From assembly GCA_039800105.1 (NCBI GenBank), contig JBDLRI010000078.1, forward strand, positions 6,469-70,468: a DNA stretch of 64,000 bases, in the 5' to 3' direction. The notes under the pieces were generated by a model. The model ran no database searches. It saw nothing but the letters and a program-made list of their open reading frames with translations, and had not been told where the DNA came from. Both the position numbers and the translations under genes were made by a program. This document shows, in pieces, positions 54,596 through 63,593 of this stretch; position 1 is the first letter of the stretch; each line of letters starts with the position of its first letter. The DNA comes from Pseudomonadota bacterium (GTDB taxonomy: Bacteria > Myxococcota_A > UBA796 > SXON01).

Positions 54596-55126
54596 CTACT
54601 CCTTGTTGCCGAGCCGCAGGTCCGCCATCTGCTGGCTCAGGCCCGTGAGGCTCGACACCAGCTCGTTCTTCAGCACGCGCAGCCGCGAGACGTTCTCCTC
54701 CATCGTGCGCACGCGGGCGCCGAGGTCGGCGTTCTCCTTGCGGAGGCTGTCGGCCTCCGAGTCGAGGTTGGCGAGCGTGCGCCGCAGGTCCTCCACCTCG
54801 GTCGTCAGCGTGCGCACCTCGCGCTCGCGCGTGCCCACGACCTCGCGCAGGCCTCGCCGCTCCTCGAGCAGGCCGGTGTGGGCGGTGCCGGCCGCCTCCG
54901 CGCGTCCACGCAGCTCGGCCAGCTCCTTCCCGAGCGCGGCGACCTCCGCCGCCATGCTCTCCTGCACGGCGCGGGAGCGGGCGATCTCGAGCTCGGTGCT
55001 CACCACCTGGCGCGTGGTGGCCTCCGTGACGCGCATGACGTCCATCAGCTCCTGGATGCGCTGCTCGAGGATGTCCGCCAGCTCCGCGGAGAGGGCCTCG
55101 AGGCGGTCGGCGGACGGGTCGGACAT
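54596..55126 (-). CDS. coiled-coil protein (176 aa)
   Basis: ATG 55126 with a CAGGAG RBS. Heptad-rich sequence (ELADILEQRIQELMDV...LRKENADLGARVRTMEENVSRLRVLKNEL). 6 nt upstream of the TPR gene. Confidence 0.65.
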   Translation of the reverse strand: MSDPSADRLEALSAELADILEQRIQELMDVMRVTEATTRQVVSTELEIARSRAVQESMAAEVAALGKELAELRGRAEAAGTAHTGLLEERRGLREVVGTREREVRTLTTEVEDLRRTLANLDSEADSLRKENADLGARVRTMEENVSRLRVLKNELVSSLTGLSQQMADLRLGNKE

Positions 55127-55200
55127 GCGCAACTCCTGGCGGGCGGAGGTTATCCGCCGTGGGCACGGCGAGCCAATGCGGGCCGGCGTGGGAGCGTCCC

Positions 55201-55644
55201 GTGGAACGACCTCGCCTCCTGCTGCTGGAGCCGGATCTGGCGGTGCGGCTCGCGTTGCTGCCGCACCTGCACGCGCATTGGCGCGTGGACACCCCGGAAA
55301 CGGCCAGGGACGCGATGCGTCACCTGCGCGCGCATCCGCCGGTCCTCGCGGCGGTCGGCGTCTGCGGTCGACTGGACGGGCTTCGCCGCGGGGCGGGCAT
55401 GAACGCGCCGCGGGAGGCCGTCACGCTGGCCGTCCAGCTGCGGACGGACCTGCGTCCCGTCGAGGCGGTGGTGCTCTACGGGCACGCGCCGGGGGCACGC
55501 GCGCCCGACTGGCCCGCAGGGGTGGCGCCACCGGAGGCGTGGGTGCCCGACGGCCGGGATCCCGAGGTGCTGCACGCCGCGCTCCTGCGCGTGGCGACGG
55601 TCCTGCGTCGGAAAGGCACACGTCCGGGCGGGGGCGCGGTATGA
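55201..55644 (+). CDS. degenerate receiver-like (pseudo-receiver) protein, tentative
   Basis: GTG 55201 with GGGAG at 6-nt spacing (alternative GTG 55159). RLLLLEPDLAVR...TPETARDAMRHL follows a REC beta1-alpha1 pattern but lacks the acidic pocket and phospho-Asp. ATGA overlap with the next gene. Confidence 0.4.
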   Translation: MERPRLLLLEPDLAVRLALLPHLHAHWRVDTPETARDAMRHLRAHPPVLAAVGVCGRLDGLRRGAGMNAPREAVTLAVQLRTDLRPVEAVVLYGHAPGARAPDWPAGVAPPEAWVPDGRDPEVLHAALLRVATVLRRKGTRPGGGAV

Positions 55645-57788
55645 TGGGGGTGATGTGGACCCTCCTCCTTCTCGCGTGCAGCGACTACAACATCCAGAAC
55701 CGCCCTCCCGGAAAGGTCACCGAGGAGACGGACACGGGCTTCACCGTCGACACGGACGTGACCGAGGAGACCCAGGTGTGCCGCAACACCTGGACCACCA
55801 TGGCGGATGGCGTGTCCACGGACGAGGGCTGCACCCGCGAGCCGGTCGACGTGCCGCTCAGCACGCGCTTCGTCTGGGACAAGCCGTCGTGGGGGCAGTA
55901 CCCCGAGTACGGCCAGGCGCTCGTCACCCCGGTGGTCGGTCGCCTGGTGGATGAGAACGGCAACGGCACCACGGCCGATGATCCGGTCTACATCGCCGTC
56001 GTGACCGATGACGGCGTGCTGGACCGCCGGGACACGCACGGCGTCGTGCGCATGGTGCGCGGTACCGACGGGAACGAGTACCAACGGCCGGCGATCTACC
56101 GCATCGACACGCCGACCCAGCAGGTCTACCCCTACCGCTACTCCGGTCTCGCCCTCGGCGATGTCGACGGGAACGGCATTCCCGACATCGTCGGCATCGC
56201 GGAGGTGTTGGAGAACACCGGGACCGACACGGCCGGCGGCACCGACACGACCACGGACACGGGCACCGACACCGGCACCGACAGCGGTCCTCCGGACATT
56301 CCCGTGCGTCCGACGGGCATGTACGGGCGCGGCGGGTCGGGCGGCGGTTCCGGCGGAGGCTCCGGCGGGGGCACCGGCGGGGGCGATGCTCCGCCTCCGC
56401 CGTGTCGCGTCGTGGCGTGGACCAGCGAGGGAGAGCTGCTGTGGGTGGCGAACGACGCACCGCGCACCTGCGCGGGGGATGTCCCCGCGCTCGCCGATCT
56501 CGAGAGTGACGGCACCGTGGAGGTGATCGTCGGCGCGACGATCGTGGAGGGCGCCACGGGCGCCGTGCGCATCGTCGGCACGGCCGGCCAGGGGCGACAC
56601 CAGGCCTTCACCCAGATCGGCGCCATCAGCGTCCCCGCGGATCTCGAGGGCGACGGATTCATGGAGATCGTCACCGGCAACACCATCTACGAGCACAACG
56701 GTGTGGTGCGCTGCCAGACCGGCACGGACGACGGGTTCCCTGCCGTGGCTGACCTCGACGGGGACGGCACGGGGGACGTCGTGGCGGTCGGAAACGGCCA
56801 GATGCGCCTCTTCAAGCACGACTGCGCGCCGCTCGCCTCCTGGCCGCTCGGCGCTCCGGAGGCCGTGCAGAACGGCGGTCCTCCCACCGTCGCGGACTTC
56901 GACGGGGACGGCACGCCCGAGATCGGGGCGGCGTCGGCCACGATCTATGCCGTATTCGAGGTGGACGGGAGGATGCTCTGGTCCAACGACATCGTCGACG
57001 CCATCAGCTTCACCGCGGGTTCGTCGGTGTTCGACTTCGACGGCGACGGTCGCGCGGAGGTGGTCTACGCCGACGAGACGAGCCTGTGCATCTGGGACGG
57101 GGCGGACGGGCACGTCCGGTTGCAGGACCCCTACCATGCGTCGCGCACCCTGCACGAATACCCGGTGGTGGCCGACGTCGACGATGACGGGGAAGCCGAG
57201 CTGATCGTGCCCAATGGCGGCAACCACTACGGCGATCCGCGGCAGGGGCTCTACGTCCTGGAGAGCGCCACCACCCCGTGGCCGGCCGCGCGACCGGTGT
57301 GGAACCAGCATGCCTACAACATCGTCAACGTGAATGACGACCTCAGCATCCCGTCCCATCCACTCCCGAACTGGCCGAGCCACAACAGCTTCCGCTCCGC
57401 GGACATGATCCCGGTCTCGGCCGGCCGTTTCCCGGATGCCGTGGCGATCGTGGCGGTGTGCACCGAGGGCTGCGCCGAGTACGGGCAGATCGTGGTGGGC
57501 GTGAAGATCGCCAACGGAGGGACGTCGGACGTGCCCGCGGGTCTGAACGTGGCGTTCTACCTGGGGGACGAGGCGCTCGGGATCCCCCCGGTGCTCCACG
57601 AGCTGCGCACCCTTCCGAACGCCATCGCGCCGCGCGAGGCGAGCGACGTGATGGAGTTCACCGTCGACGCCATCGACGCCCTGCAGGGCATGCGCGTCGT
57701 GGTGGACGACGACGGGACCGGCGTGGGGGCGCTGTACGAGTGCCACGAGGAGAACAACCCGGCGTCCGTGTTCGGTCAGTGCCCCTGA
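55641..57788 (+). CDS. FG-GAP/VCBS-repeat lipoprotein with C-terminal CARDB-like domain (paralog 2)
   Basis: Lipobox WTLLLLACS. Repeats GDVDGNGIPDIV, ADLESDGTVEVIVG, ADLEGDGFMEIV, ADLDGDGTGDVV, ADFDGDGTPEI, FDFDGDGRAEVVY, ADVDDDGEAELIV. WNQHAYNIVNV motif; ends YECHEENNPASVFGQCP. Confidence 0.85.
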   Translation: MMGVMWTLLLLACSDYNIQNRPPGKVTEETDTGFTVDTDVTEETQVCRNTWTTMADGVSTDEGCTREPVDVPLSTRFVWDKPSWGQYPEYGQALVTPVVGRLVDENGNGTTADDPVYIAVVTDDGVLDRRDTHGVVRMVRGTDGNEYQRPAIYRIDTPTQQVYPYRYSGLALGDVDGNGIPDIVGIAEVLENTGTDTAGGTDTTTDTGTDTGTDSGPPDIPVRPTGMYGRGGSGGGSGGGSGGGTGGGDAPPPPCRVVAWTSEGELLWVANDAPRTCAGDVPALADLESDGTVEVIVGATIVEGATGAVRIVGTAGQGRHQAFTQIGAISVPADLEGDGFMEIVTGNTIYEHNGVVRCQTGTDDGFPAVADLDGDGTGDVVAVGNGQMRLFKHDCAPLASWPLGAPEAVQNGGPPTVADFDGDGTPEIGAASATIYAVFEVDGRMLWSNDIVDAISFTAGSSVFDFDGDGRAEVVYADETSLCIWDGADGHVRLQDPYHASRTLHEYPVVADVDDDGEAELIVPNGGNHYGDPRQGLYVLESATTPWPAARPVWNQHAYNIVNVNDDLSIPSHPLPNWPSHNSFRSADMIPVSAGRFPDAVAIVAVCTEGCAEYGQIVVGVKIANGGTSDVPAGLNVAFYLGDEALGIPPVLHELRTLPNAIAPREASDVMEFTVDAIDALQGMRVVVDDDGTGVGALYECHEENNPASVFGQCP

Positions 57789-57799
57789 GCACGACCGGC

Positions 57800-58399
57800 G
57801 TGCGGCGTCTCCTCCCGCTCGCGCTCCTGCTTTGCGCGATGCCCGCGCGGGCCGAGCCGACCGAGACGGACCGCCCGTACGCGGGCCACGGCGCCCTGAC
57901 CCTCGGCGCCGAGACGCTGACGCTGAACGGTCGACGGATCGTGGACGCGCGCGGCGGCGTGCTGGTGGATCGCCTGCTCGGACCCCCGGTGTCGCGGGCG
58001 GACGTCCTTTGCGCGGCGGACGAGGGTGCCGACGGCCTGGGGCAACTCCGCTGCTGGAACGCGCGGCGGGAACCCGTCACGCTCGCCGTGGGCGGTCGAC
58101 CCAGCCGCCTCGCGCTCGGAGGCACGCACCTGGCGTGGGTGGCCTCGCCGGGCGGCATTCCGCAGGTGTTCGTCGCGCCGCTGGACGGACACGCGGCCCC
58201 GCGGAGCCTCACGAACGTCGCGGTCGTGGCCGCGCGGGGGGAGGCGTTGCGGAGGGGGGCCGGCCCCCCTCCGTCCCCGACCCCCGGGAAGCCACCCCCG
58301 GGGTTCGTCCCGCCCCCGCTGCGCCAGTCACTGCGTTTTGACGGGGACATGCTGCGGTGGGAGGCCCAGGACGGCCACCACGAGGCGCGCTGGCGATGA
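57800..58399 (+). CDS. hypothetical secreted protein
   Basis: GTG 57800 (or 57779); signal peptide VRRLLPLALLLCAMPARAEP. Hairpin repeat 58236-58279 is read in frame. ATGA overlap with the M23 gene. Confidence 0.5.
   Translation: MRRLLPLALLLCAMPARAEPTETDRPYAGHGALTLGAETLTLNGRRIVDARGGVLVDRLLGPPVSRADVLCAADEGADGLGQLRCWNARREPVTLAVGGRPSRLALGGTHLAWVASPGGIPQVFVAPLDGHAAPRSLTNVAVVAARGEALRRGAGPPPSPTPGKPPPGFVPPPLRQSLRFDGDMLRWEAQDGHHEARWR
58236..58279 (+). repeat. G/C hairpin repeat, short form, copy H (inside the CDS at 57800-58399)
   Basis: GGGGGAGGCGTTGCGGAGGGGGGCCGGCCCCCCTCCGTCCCCG, nearly identical to the reverse complement of copy A; read as RGEALRRGAGPPPSP. Confidence 0.85.
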
Positions 58400-59667
58400 A
58401 TCGGGCCTCCATGGTCGTCGCGGGGCTGGTGCTCGTCGTCGTGAGGCCGGCGCGCGCGGTGGACTACCGGTTTCCGGCTGCGGACGAGCACTACGGGGCG
58501 TTCTACCCCACCGCCTACATGGACGAGGGCGGTCACGACTGGGCCTGCGGCGACCTGTACTACAGCGGCCACACGGGCAGCGACTTCGGTGCCGGATCGT
58601 GGGCCGGCATGGACGCGGGACGCAACGTCGTGGCGGCCGCGGAGGGCGTGGTGGTCGCCACCAACGACGGTGAATGGGACCGCTGCGAGACCGCCGATTG
58701 CGGCGAGGCGAACTACGTCATCCTCGAGCACGCCGACGGGCGGCGCACCTTGTACTGGCACCTGCGGCAGTGGTCCGTCGCAGTCAGCCCGGGCCAGGCG
58801 GTGACGTGCGGCCAGCACCTCGGCCAGATGGGATCCTCCGGGATGAGCTTCGGTCCCCACCTCCACTTCGGGGTGCGTGAAGCGGGCGGCGGGAACGGCG
58901 ATCCGTTCGACGGGCCCTGCAGTGCCCCGCCGTCGTACTGGATCGCGCAGGGCGACCATGGGGGGCTTCCCGGCAACACCTGCCCCAACGCGGGCACCTG
59001 CGCCCAGGTCGCGACGCTGTCCTGCGGCCAGACGATCACCGCGGCGAACGACGCGGCCGGCTCGACGGCCACGCACGGCATCTATGGCTGCGGCCCGTCG
59101 GCCTCGAGCGGTCCCGAGATCGCCTACGCGTTCTCGACCCCCGTCGGGGAGTCGGTGACGCTGGGCCTGACGGGCGTGGGCGCCGACCTCGACATGTTCC
59201 TGCTCGCCAGCGCGGCCTGCGACGGCAGCGGCGCCGTCACGTGCTCCACCAATCCCGACGCATCCGAGGAGTGGATCACCTTCGACGCGGCGCCGGGCGC
59301 CACCTACACCGTCGTGGTCGACGGATGGAGCGGTGCCGTCAGTGGCTTCAACCTGACCGCGGTGTGCACCGGGGGACCGGCACCCGAGGACACGACGGGG
59401 TCGCCGTCGTCGGACACCGCGGGTACGGCACCGGAGAACGCCGTCATCGACGGGTACGACGAACCGGCCGACCTCCACGAATGGACGCGGGGCGACGCGG
59501 AGGTGTCCTGTGGGTGCGCGCACGGCCGCGACGGGACGGACGGCCCCGGTGCGCTCCTCCGCCTGTGCGGATTCACGGGAGCCGTCGTGCTCCTGCGACG
59601 TCGCACGGCGTCGAACGGGGCCTCGGGTCGGGCGCGTCGGCACGCCGGCGCGGTGGACGCCGGTTAG
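58396..59667 (+). CDS. M23-family metallopeptidase with PPC-like domain and MYXO-CTERM-like sorting tail
   Basis: HxxxD (YSGHTGSDF) and HxH (GPHLHFG) motifs. Pre-peptidase-C-like Cys-containing domain. Tail CGCAHGRDGTDGPGALLRLCGFTGAVVLLRRR is Cys motif + hydrophobic stretch + Arg cluster. Confidence 0.75.
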   Translation: MNRASMVVAGLVLVVVRPARAVDYRFPAADEHYGAFYPTAYMDEGGHDWACGDLYYSGHTGSDFGAGSWAGMDAGRNVVAAAEGVVVATNDGEWDRCETADCGEANYVILEHADGRRTLYWHLRQWSVAVSPGQAVTCGQHLGQMGSSGMSFGPHLHFGVREAGGGNGDPFDGPCSAPPSYWIAQGDHGGLPGNTCPNAGTCAQVATLSCGQTITAANDAAGSTATHGIYGCGPSASSGPEIAYAFSTPVGESVTLGLTGVGADLDMFLLASAACDGSGAVTCSTNPDASEEWITFDAAPGATYTVVVDGWSGAVSGFNLTAVCTGGPAPEDTTGSPSSDTAGTAPENAVIDGYDEPADLHEWTRGDAEVSCGCAHGRDGTDGPGALLRLCGFTGAVVLLRRRTASNGASGRARRHAGAVDAG

Positions 59668-59676
59668 CACCCCCGG

Positions 59677-61263
59677 GTGAGCGACGACCGCACGATCGAC
59701 CCGGACCTGTTGCGCCGCGCGTGGGCGCCCCTCACCCTGCGGGTGGCCTGGGAGCTGGTGCGTGCGGGCGTCAGGGTCCGTCCATCCACGCTGCGCGTCG
59801 TGCGGACGCATGCGTGCTGGCGCATGGCGGGCGCCCGGGACGTCGCCGAGGTGGAGGCGCGTGCCGCGCGTGCCGTCGAGGAGTACCTCGCGCGCGCCGA
59901 TGGACGATGGGCGGTGCTCGAGGACGACGGCGACCTGGCCGTCCCGCTTCCCCGGGCCTGGCGCGGCGAGATCATGGAGGACGCCGCCCCGGAGCACGAG
60001 CTGGTCTTCCAGCTCTACTACGCCGATGGCTTGCCGCTGCAGGAGATCGAGTCGCGCGCCCGGGTGGACATCATCGAGCTTCGCAGCGCCCGTGAGGCCC
60101 TGCGTGCCCTCATGCGCCACATCCTGCAGGAGCACGGCATGGAGGCCGGCGCCTGGGAACCCGTCCGCATCGACAAGATCCTGACTCGCCTGGCGAACGT
60201 GGCCGACGAGCCCTGCCCCGCGCCCGCGTCGCTCATGACCGGCCCGGGGCGGACCCACGCCGAGGGCTGTCCGCGTTGCGCGCGCGCCCTGCGCCTCTTC
60301 CGCGAGGGTGTGCTGGCGCCGCAGGATCTGGAGCCGCCGGCCGACACGGCCCTCGTCCCGGCCGACACCGTGGAGCTGGTGTCCATCCAGGTGCACCCGC
60401 ACGGACGGGACCACACGCGCAAGCTCGCGCAGATCCTCGGTGGGGGCGCGCGCGTGAGCGCCGCGAACGATGAGATCGTCGTTCACGCCCCGGAATGCCC
60501 CCACCTCCAGGCCCTCCTGGACGATGCGGCCCGTCATGGCGCCCCGCTCGCCAGCCACGTGCGCGTCCATCGCGCGCGGGTGCCCGGTGCGTGGGGGCGC
60601 GCGGCACCGATCGGGCCCGGGCTCGCCGAGCTGCGCGCCGCGACCTCGCGCCTGGCGTGGGGGGAGACCCGTGGCGTGGAGACGCTGCCGCCGCCCCTTC
60701 CGGCACTGCCCTCGGCCGCGCGATGGTGGTTCATCGCTGCCGTGCTGGGCGTGGTGTCGGCCGTGAGCGTCGCCGCGGTGGTGCTGTCGCCCGGACCCGA
60801 GGGCGACGTGCCGCTGGAGACCGAGGGGCTGGCGCACGGCGTCCGCTTCGATACCGACGACCTCGCCAGCGTGTGGGTGATCGCGGCCGAGCCCACCGGC
60901 ATCCGCGTGGCGTTCGCGGGGCCCTCGGTGACCGACAAGGTCGAGCTTGCCGACGGTCATGGACGCTACGTGCTGCCGGGACGGCCCGAGGCGTGGGTGG
61001 TGGTCGCGGCGCCGGGCGATCTCCCGGACCTCGAGGCGACCGTCCGCGCCGGGGACCGCAGCGAGAGCGTGCGTGCGCTCGCGCGCCGCCTGCGCCGCGC
61101 CTGGCCGCAGGCGACGGTGCGCATCGCGACCCCGGAGGACGCGCCCGGGACCCCGGAGGACGCGCCGGTGGGTGCTGCGGCGCCGGCGGAGGGCGTGGCG
61201 GAACCCACGACGCCTGCAACGCCGCCCGCGGCGCCGGCCGAGGTTCCGGGGGTGGCGCCGTAG
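59677..61263 (+). CDS. membrane protein combining a sigma70 region-4-like HTH, zf-HC2 anti-sigma motif, TM helix and extracytoplasmic domain
   Basis: ELVFQLYYADGLPLQEIESRARVDIIELRSAREALRALMRHIL (nt ~59989-60126). HAEGCPRC is Hx3Cx2C (nt 60256-60279). TM WWFIAAVLGVVSAVSVAAVVL. No clear sigma region 2. Confidence 0.6.
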   Translation: MSDDRTIDPDLLRRAWAPLTLRVAWELVRAGVRVRPSTLRVVRTHACWRMAGARDVAEVEARAARAVEEYLARADGRWAVLEDDGDLAVPLPRAWRGEIMEDAAPEHELVFQLYYADGLPLQEIESRARVDIIELRSAREALRALMRHILQEHGMEAGAWEPVRIDKILTRLANVADEPCPAPASLMTGPGRTHAEGCPRCARALRLFREGVLAPQDLEPPADTALVPADTVELVSIQVHPHGRDHTRKLAQILGGGARVSAANDEIVVHAPECPHLQALLDDAARHGAPLASHVRVHRARVPGAWGRAAPIGPGLAELRAATSRLAWGETRGVETLPPPLPALPSAARWWFIAAVLGVVSAVSVAAVVLSPGPEGDVPLETEGLAHGVRFDTDDLASVWVIAAEPTGIRVAFAGPSVTDKVELADGHGRYVLPGRPEAWVVVAAPGDLPDLEATVRAGDRSESVRALARRLRRAWPQATVRIATPEDAPGTPEDAPVGAAAPAEGVAEPTTPATPPAAPAEVPGVAP

Positions 61264-61287
61264 CCGCGCGCGGCCTCGGCCCGAGGG

Positions 61288-61308
61288 GGGGCACGCGCCA
61301 CGTGCCCC
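61288..61308 (+). terminator. GC hairpin downstream of the 59677-61263 gene (possible terminator, no T-tract)
   Basis: GGGGCACG-CGCCA-CGTGCCCC, an 8-bp perfect stem 25 nt after the stop codon. Confidence 0.25.
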
Positions 61309-61355
61309 GTCCGACCCCTGCGCGATAGGCTGTGGGGCCAACCCGGAGACCCCGC

Positions 61356-62552
61356 ATGTACGCCGATCTGAAGGCCCGTCTGGACCACGAGTTCGAGGCC
61401 ATGCGCGCCGCCGGCACGTTCAAGCGCGAGCGGGTCATCGTCAGCCCGCAGGACGCCCGGATCCGCGTGGCGTCGGGCGCCTCCGTGCTCAACTTCTGCG
61501 CCAACAACTACCTGGGACTGGCGGACCATCCCGCGTTGCTGGACGCCGCGCGGGCGGCGCTGGACACCCACGGCTTCGGCATGGCGTCGGTGCGCTTCAT
61601 CTGCGGCACCCAGGACCTGCACAAGGAGCTCGAGGCCGCGATCGCCGCCTTCGTCGGCCAGGAGGACGCGATCCTCTACAGCTCCTGCTTCGACGCGAAC
61701 GGCGGCCTGTTCGAGACGCTGCTGCAGGAGCCGGACGCCATCGTGAGCGACGCGCTCAACCACGCGAGCATCATCGACGGGATCCGCCTGAGCAAGGCGC
61801 AGCGCTACCGCTACGCCCACCTTGACCTGGATGACCTCCGCGTCCAGCTCGCGGCCGCCCGCACGGCGGGCGCCCGCACCATCCTCGTCGTGACCGACGG
61901 GGTGTTCAGCATGGACGGTGACATCGCCCCGCTCGACGCGATCTGCGACATCGCGGAGTCCTTCGGCGCGCTCGTCATGGTCGACGAGAGCCACGCGACG
62001 GGCTTTGTGGGGCGCACGGGCCGCGGCAGCGTGGAGCACTGCGGGGTGATGGACCGCGTGCACGTCGTCACGGGCACCTTCGGGAAGGCCCTGGGCGGTG
62101 CGTCCGGCGGATTCACCGCCGCGCGGCGGGAGATCGTGGAGCTGCTCCGTCAGCGGAGCCGGCCCTACCTCTTCAGCAACACCCTCGCGCCGGCCGTCGC
62201 GGCCGCGAGCCTCGCGGCCCTGCGGATGCTCGGGGCCAGCACGGAGCGGCGGGATCGGCTCGAGGCCAACACCGCGCGCTTCCGCGCCGCGATGACCGCG
62301 GCAGGCTTCGACATCCGGCCCGGCATCCACCCCATCGTGCCGGTCATGCTCGGGGACGCCAAGCTCGCCGCCGACATGGCGGAGGCCCTCCTGGCACGCG
62401 GCATCTACGTCGTGGGGTTCAGCTACCCCGTCGTTCCGAAGGGCCAGGCCCGGATCCGCGTGCAGCTGAGCGCCGCCCACACCCACGAACAGGTCGACGA
62501 GGCCGTGGCGGCGTTCACCGAGGTGGGCCGGTCGCTCGGCGTCATCCGGTAG
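61356..62552 (+). CDS. kbl: glycine C-acetyltransferase (2-amino-3-ketobutyrate CoA ligase)
   Basis: [53 protein letters not shown] (PLP Lys). ATG 61356 preferred over GTG 61332. Confidence 0.88.
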   Translation: MYADLKARLDHEFEAMRAAGTFKRERVIVSPQDARIRVASGASVLNFCANNYLGLADHPALLDAARAALDTHGFGMASVRFICGTQDLHKELEAAIAAFVGQEDAILYSSCFDANGGLFETLLQEPDAIVSDALNHASIIDGIRLSKAQRYRYAHLDLDDLRVQLAAARTAGARTILVVTDGVFSMDGDIAPLDAICDIAESFGALVMVDESHATGFVGRTGRGSVEHCGVMDRVHVVTGTFGKALGGASGGFTAARREIVELLRQRSRPYLFSNTLAPAVAAASLAALRMLGASTERRDRLEANTARFRAAMTAAGFDIRPGIHPIVPVMLGDAKLAADMAEALLARGIYVVGFSYPVVPKGQARIRVQLSAAHTHEQVDEAVAAFTEVGRSLGVIR

Positions 62553-63552
62553 CGGACGGTCCGGCGTCGGGAGCCGTCGGCTCCGCCGGGGCCTCCTCCA
62601 CGAGGCGCGCCACGCGCGGCATCACGAGCCCGCCGAGCACCACGCCGAACCACAGGGTCGCCACGCGCACGAGCAGGGCCGCGGCGACGGCCACGCCCTC
62701 CGGCACCCCCGCGAGCTGCACCGCGCCGCCCGCGAGCGCGCCGTCCGCCATCCCCAGGCCGCCGGGCATCGCGCCGCCCGCCACCGTCGCGAAGGCGTAG
62801 AGGAACGTGGAGAGCTCCAGCGACACGGCGGCATCGAAGCCCCGGAACACGAGCCAATAGCCGACGCACTCCGCCCACCATGCCACCGCGCTCACGGCCA
62901 GGGTGAGCAGCAGGGGGCCGGGAGCGAGGCAGACCCGCATCGACGCCAGCATCTCCGCCACGCGGGGCGCGATCCGTCCCACCCACGGGATCCGCGCGAG
63001 CACGGCGACGGCGCCGCGTGACAGCCCGTCGTGCGCCAACACCGCGAGGCCGACCGCCACGAGGGCGATGGGACCCCACACGTACACCGCCCGATCGCCG
63101 GCGTACCGACCGACCGACACCGCGGCGAGCGCGAGCACGGCAATGCCGTCGGTGAGCCGCTCCGCGACGAGGACCGGCACGGTCCGTGTCAGCGGCGCGC
63201 CCGTGCGCGCGCGCACCAGCCACGGCTTGAGCACCTCCGCGGCCTTGCCGGGCGACAGGACCATGGCCAGCCCCGCGACGAAGATCACCAGGTTGTCGCG
63301 GGCGGGAAGCACGACGCCCACCCGCCGCAGCAGGTAGTCCCACTTCCAGAACCGTGCGCCGTAGTTGACGAGCGTGAGCAGGAGCACCGGAACGTACAAC
63401 GGCCAGGCGAACCCCACGAGGGCCGTGCCCACCTCGCGGAAGCCGGCGAGGACCGTGCCGCCGACGTAGAGCAGGGACGCCGCGGCGATTCCCCAGCCGA
63501 CCCAACCGCGAAAGCGGCGCACCAACTCGGACGGGGGCGTCGGCGTGCTCAT
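62542..63552 (-). CDS. LPG-synthase-TM/UPF0104 flippase-like membrane protein
   Basis: ATG 63552 ([10 protein letters not shown]...). About 8 TM segments with [12 protein letters not shown] and [11 protein letters not shown] motifs typical of this family. Its 3' end overlaps kbl by 11 nt (convergent). Confidence 0.6.
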   Translation of the reverse strand: MSTPTPPSELVRRFRGWVGWGIAAASLLYVGGTVLAGFREVGTALVGFAWPLYVPVLLLTLVNYGARFWKWDYLLRRVGVVLPARDNLVIFVAGLAMVLSPGKAAEVLKPWLVRARTGAPLTRTVPVLVAERLTDGIAVLALAAVSVGRYAGDRAVYVWGPIALVAVGLAVLAHDGLSRGAVAVLARIPWVGRIAPRVAEMLASMRVCLAPGPLLLTLAVSAVAWWAECVGYWLVFRGFDAAVSLELSTFLYAFATVAGGAMPGGLGMADGALAGGAVQLAGVPEGVAVAAALLVRVATLWFGVVLGGLVMPRVARLVEEAPAEPTAPDAGPSATG

Positions 63553-63593
63553 TTGAACGCCGGACGATAACCGACGCCACACGAGGACGCCCC

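Noticed and set aside
54165-57788. 1207-aa ORF; also 4287..7133, 18272..20656, 30727..32268, 35630..37642, 36703..38433 and 50945..52810
   Set aside because: These are 5'-extended versions of real genes. The extensions overlap neighbouring genes (or the tRNA) in other frames and lack RBSs. I used internal starts supported by a lipobox or signal peptide, an RBS, or an ATGA overlap.
57658-61341. 1227-aa ORF on the minus strand
   Set aside because: It is antisense to four well-supported plus-strand genes (secreted protein, M23 peptidase, sigma4/ZAS protein). The product is low-complexity and R/P/G-rich.
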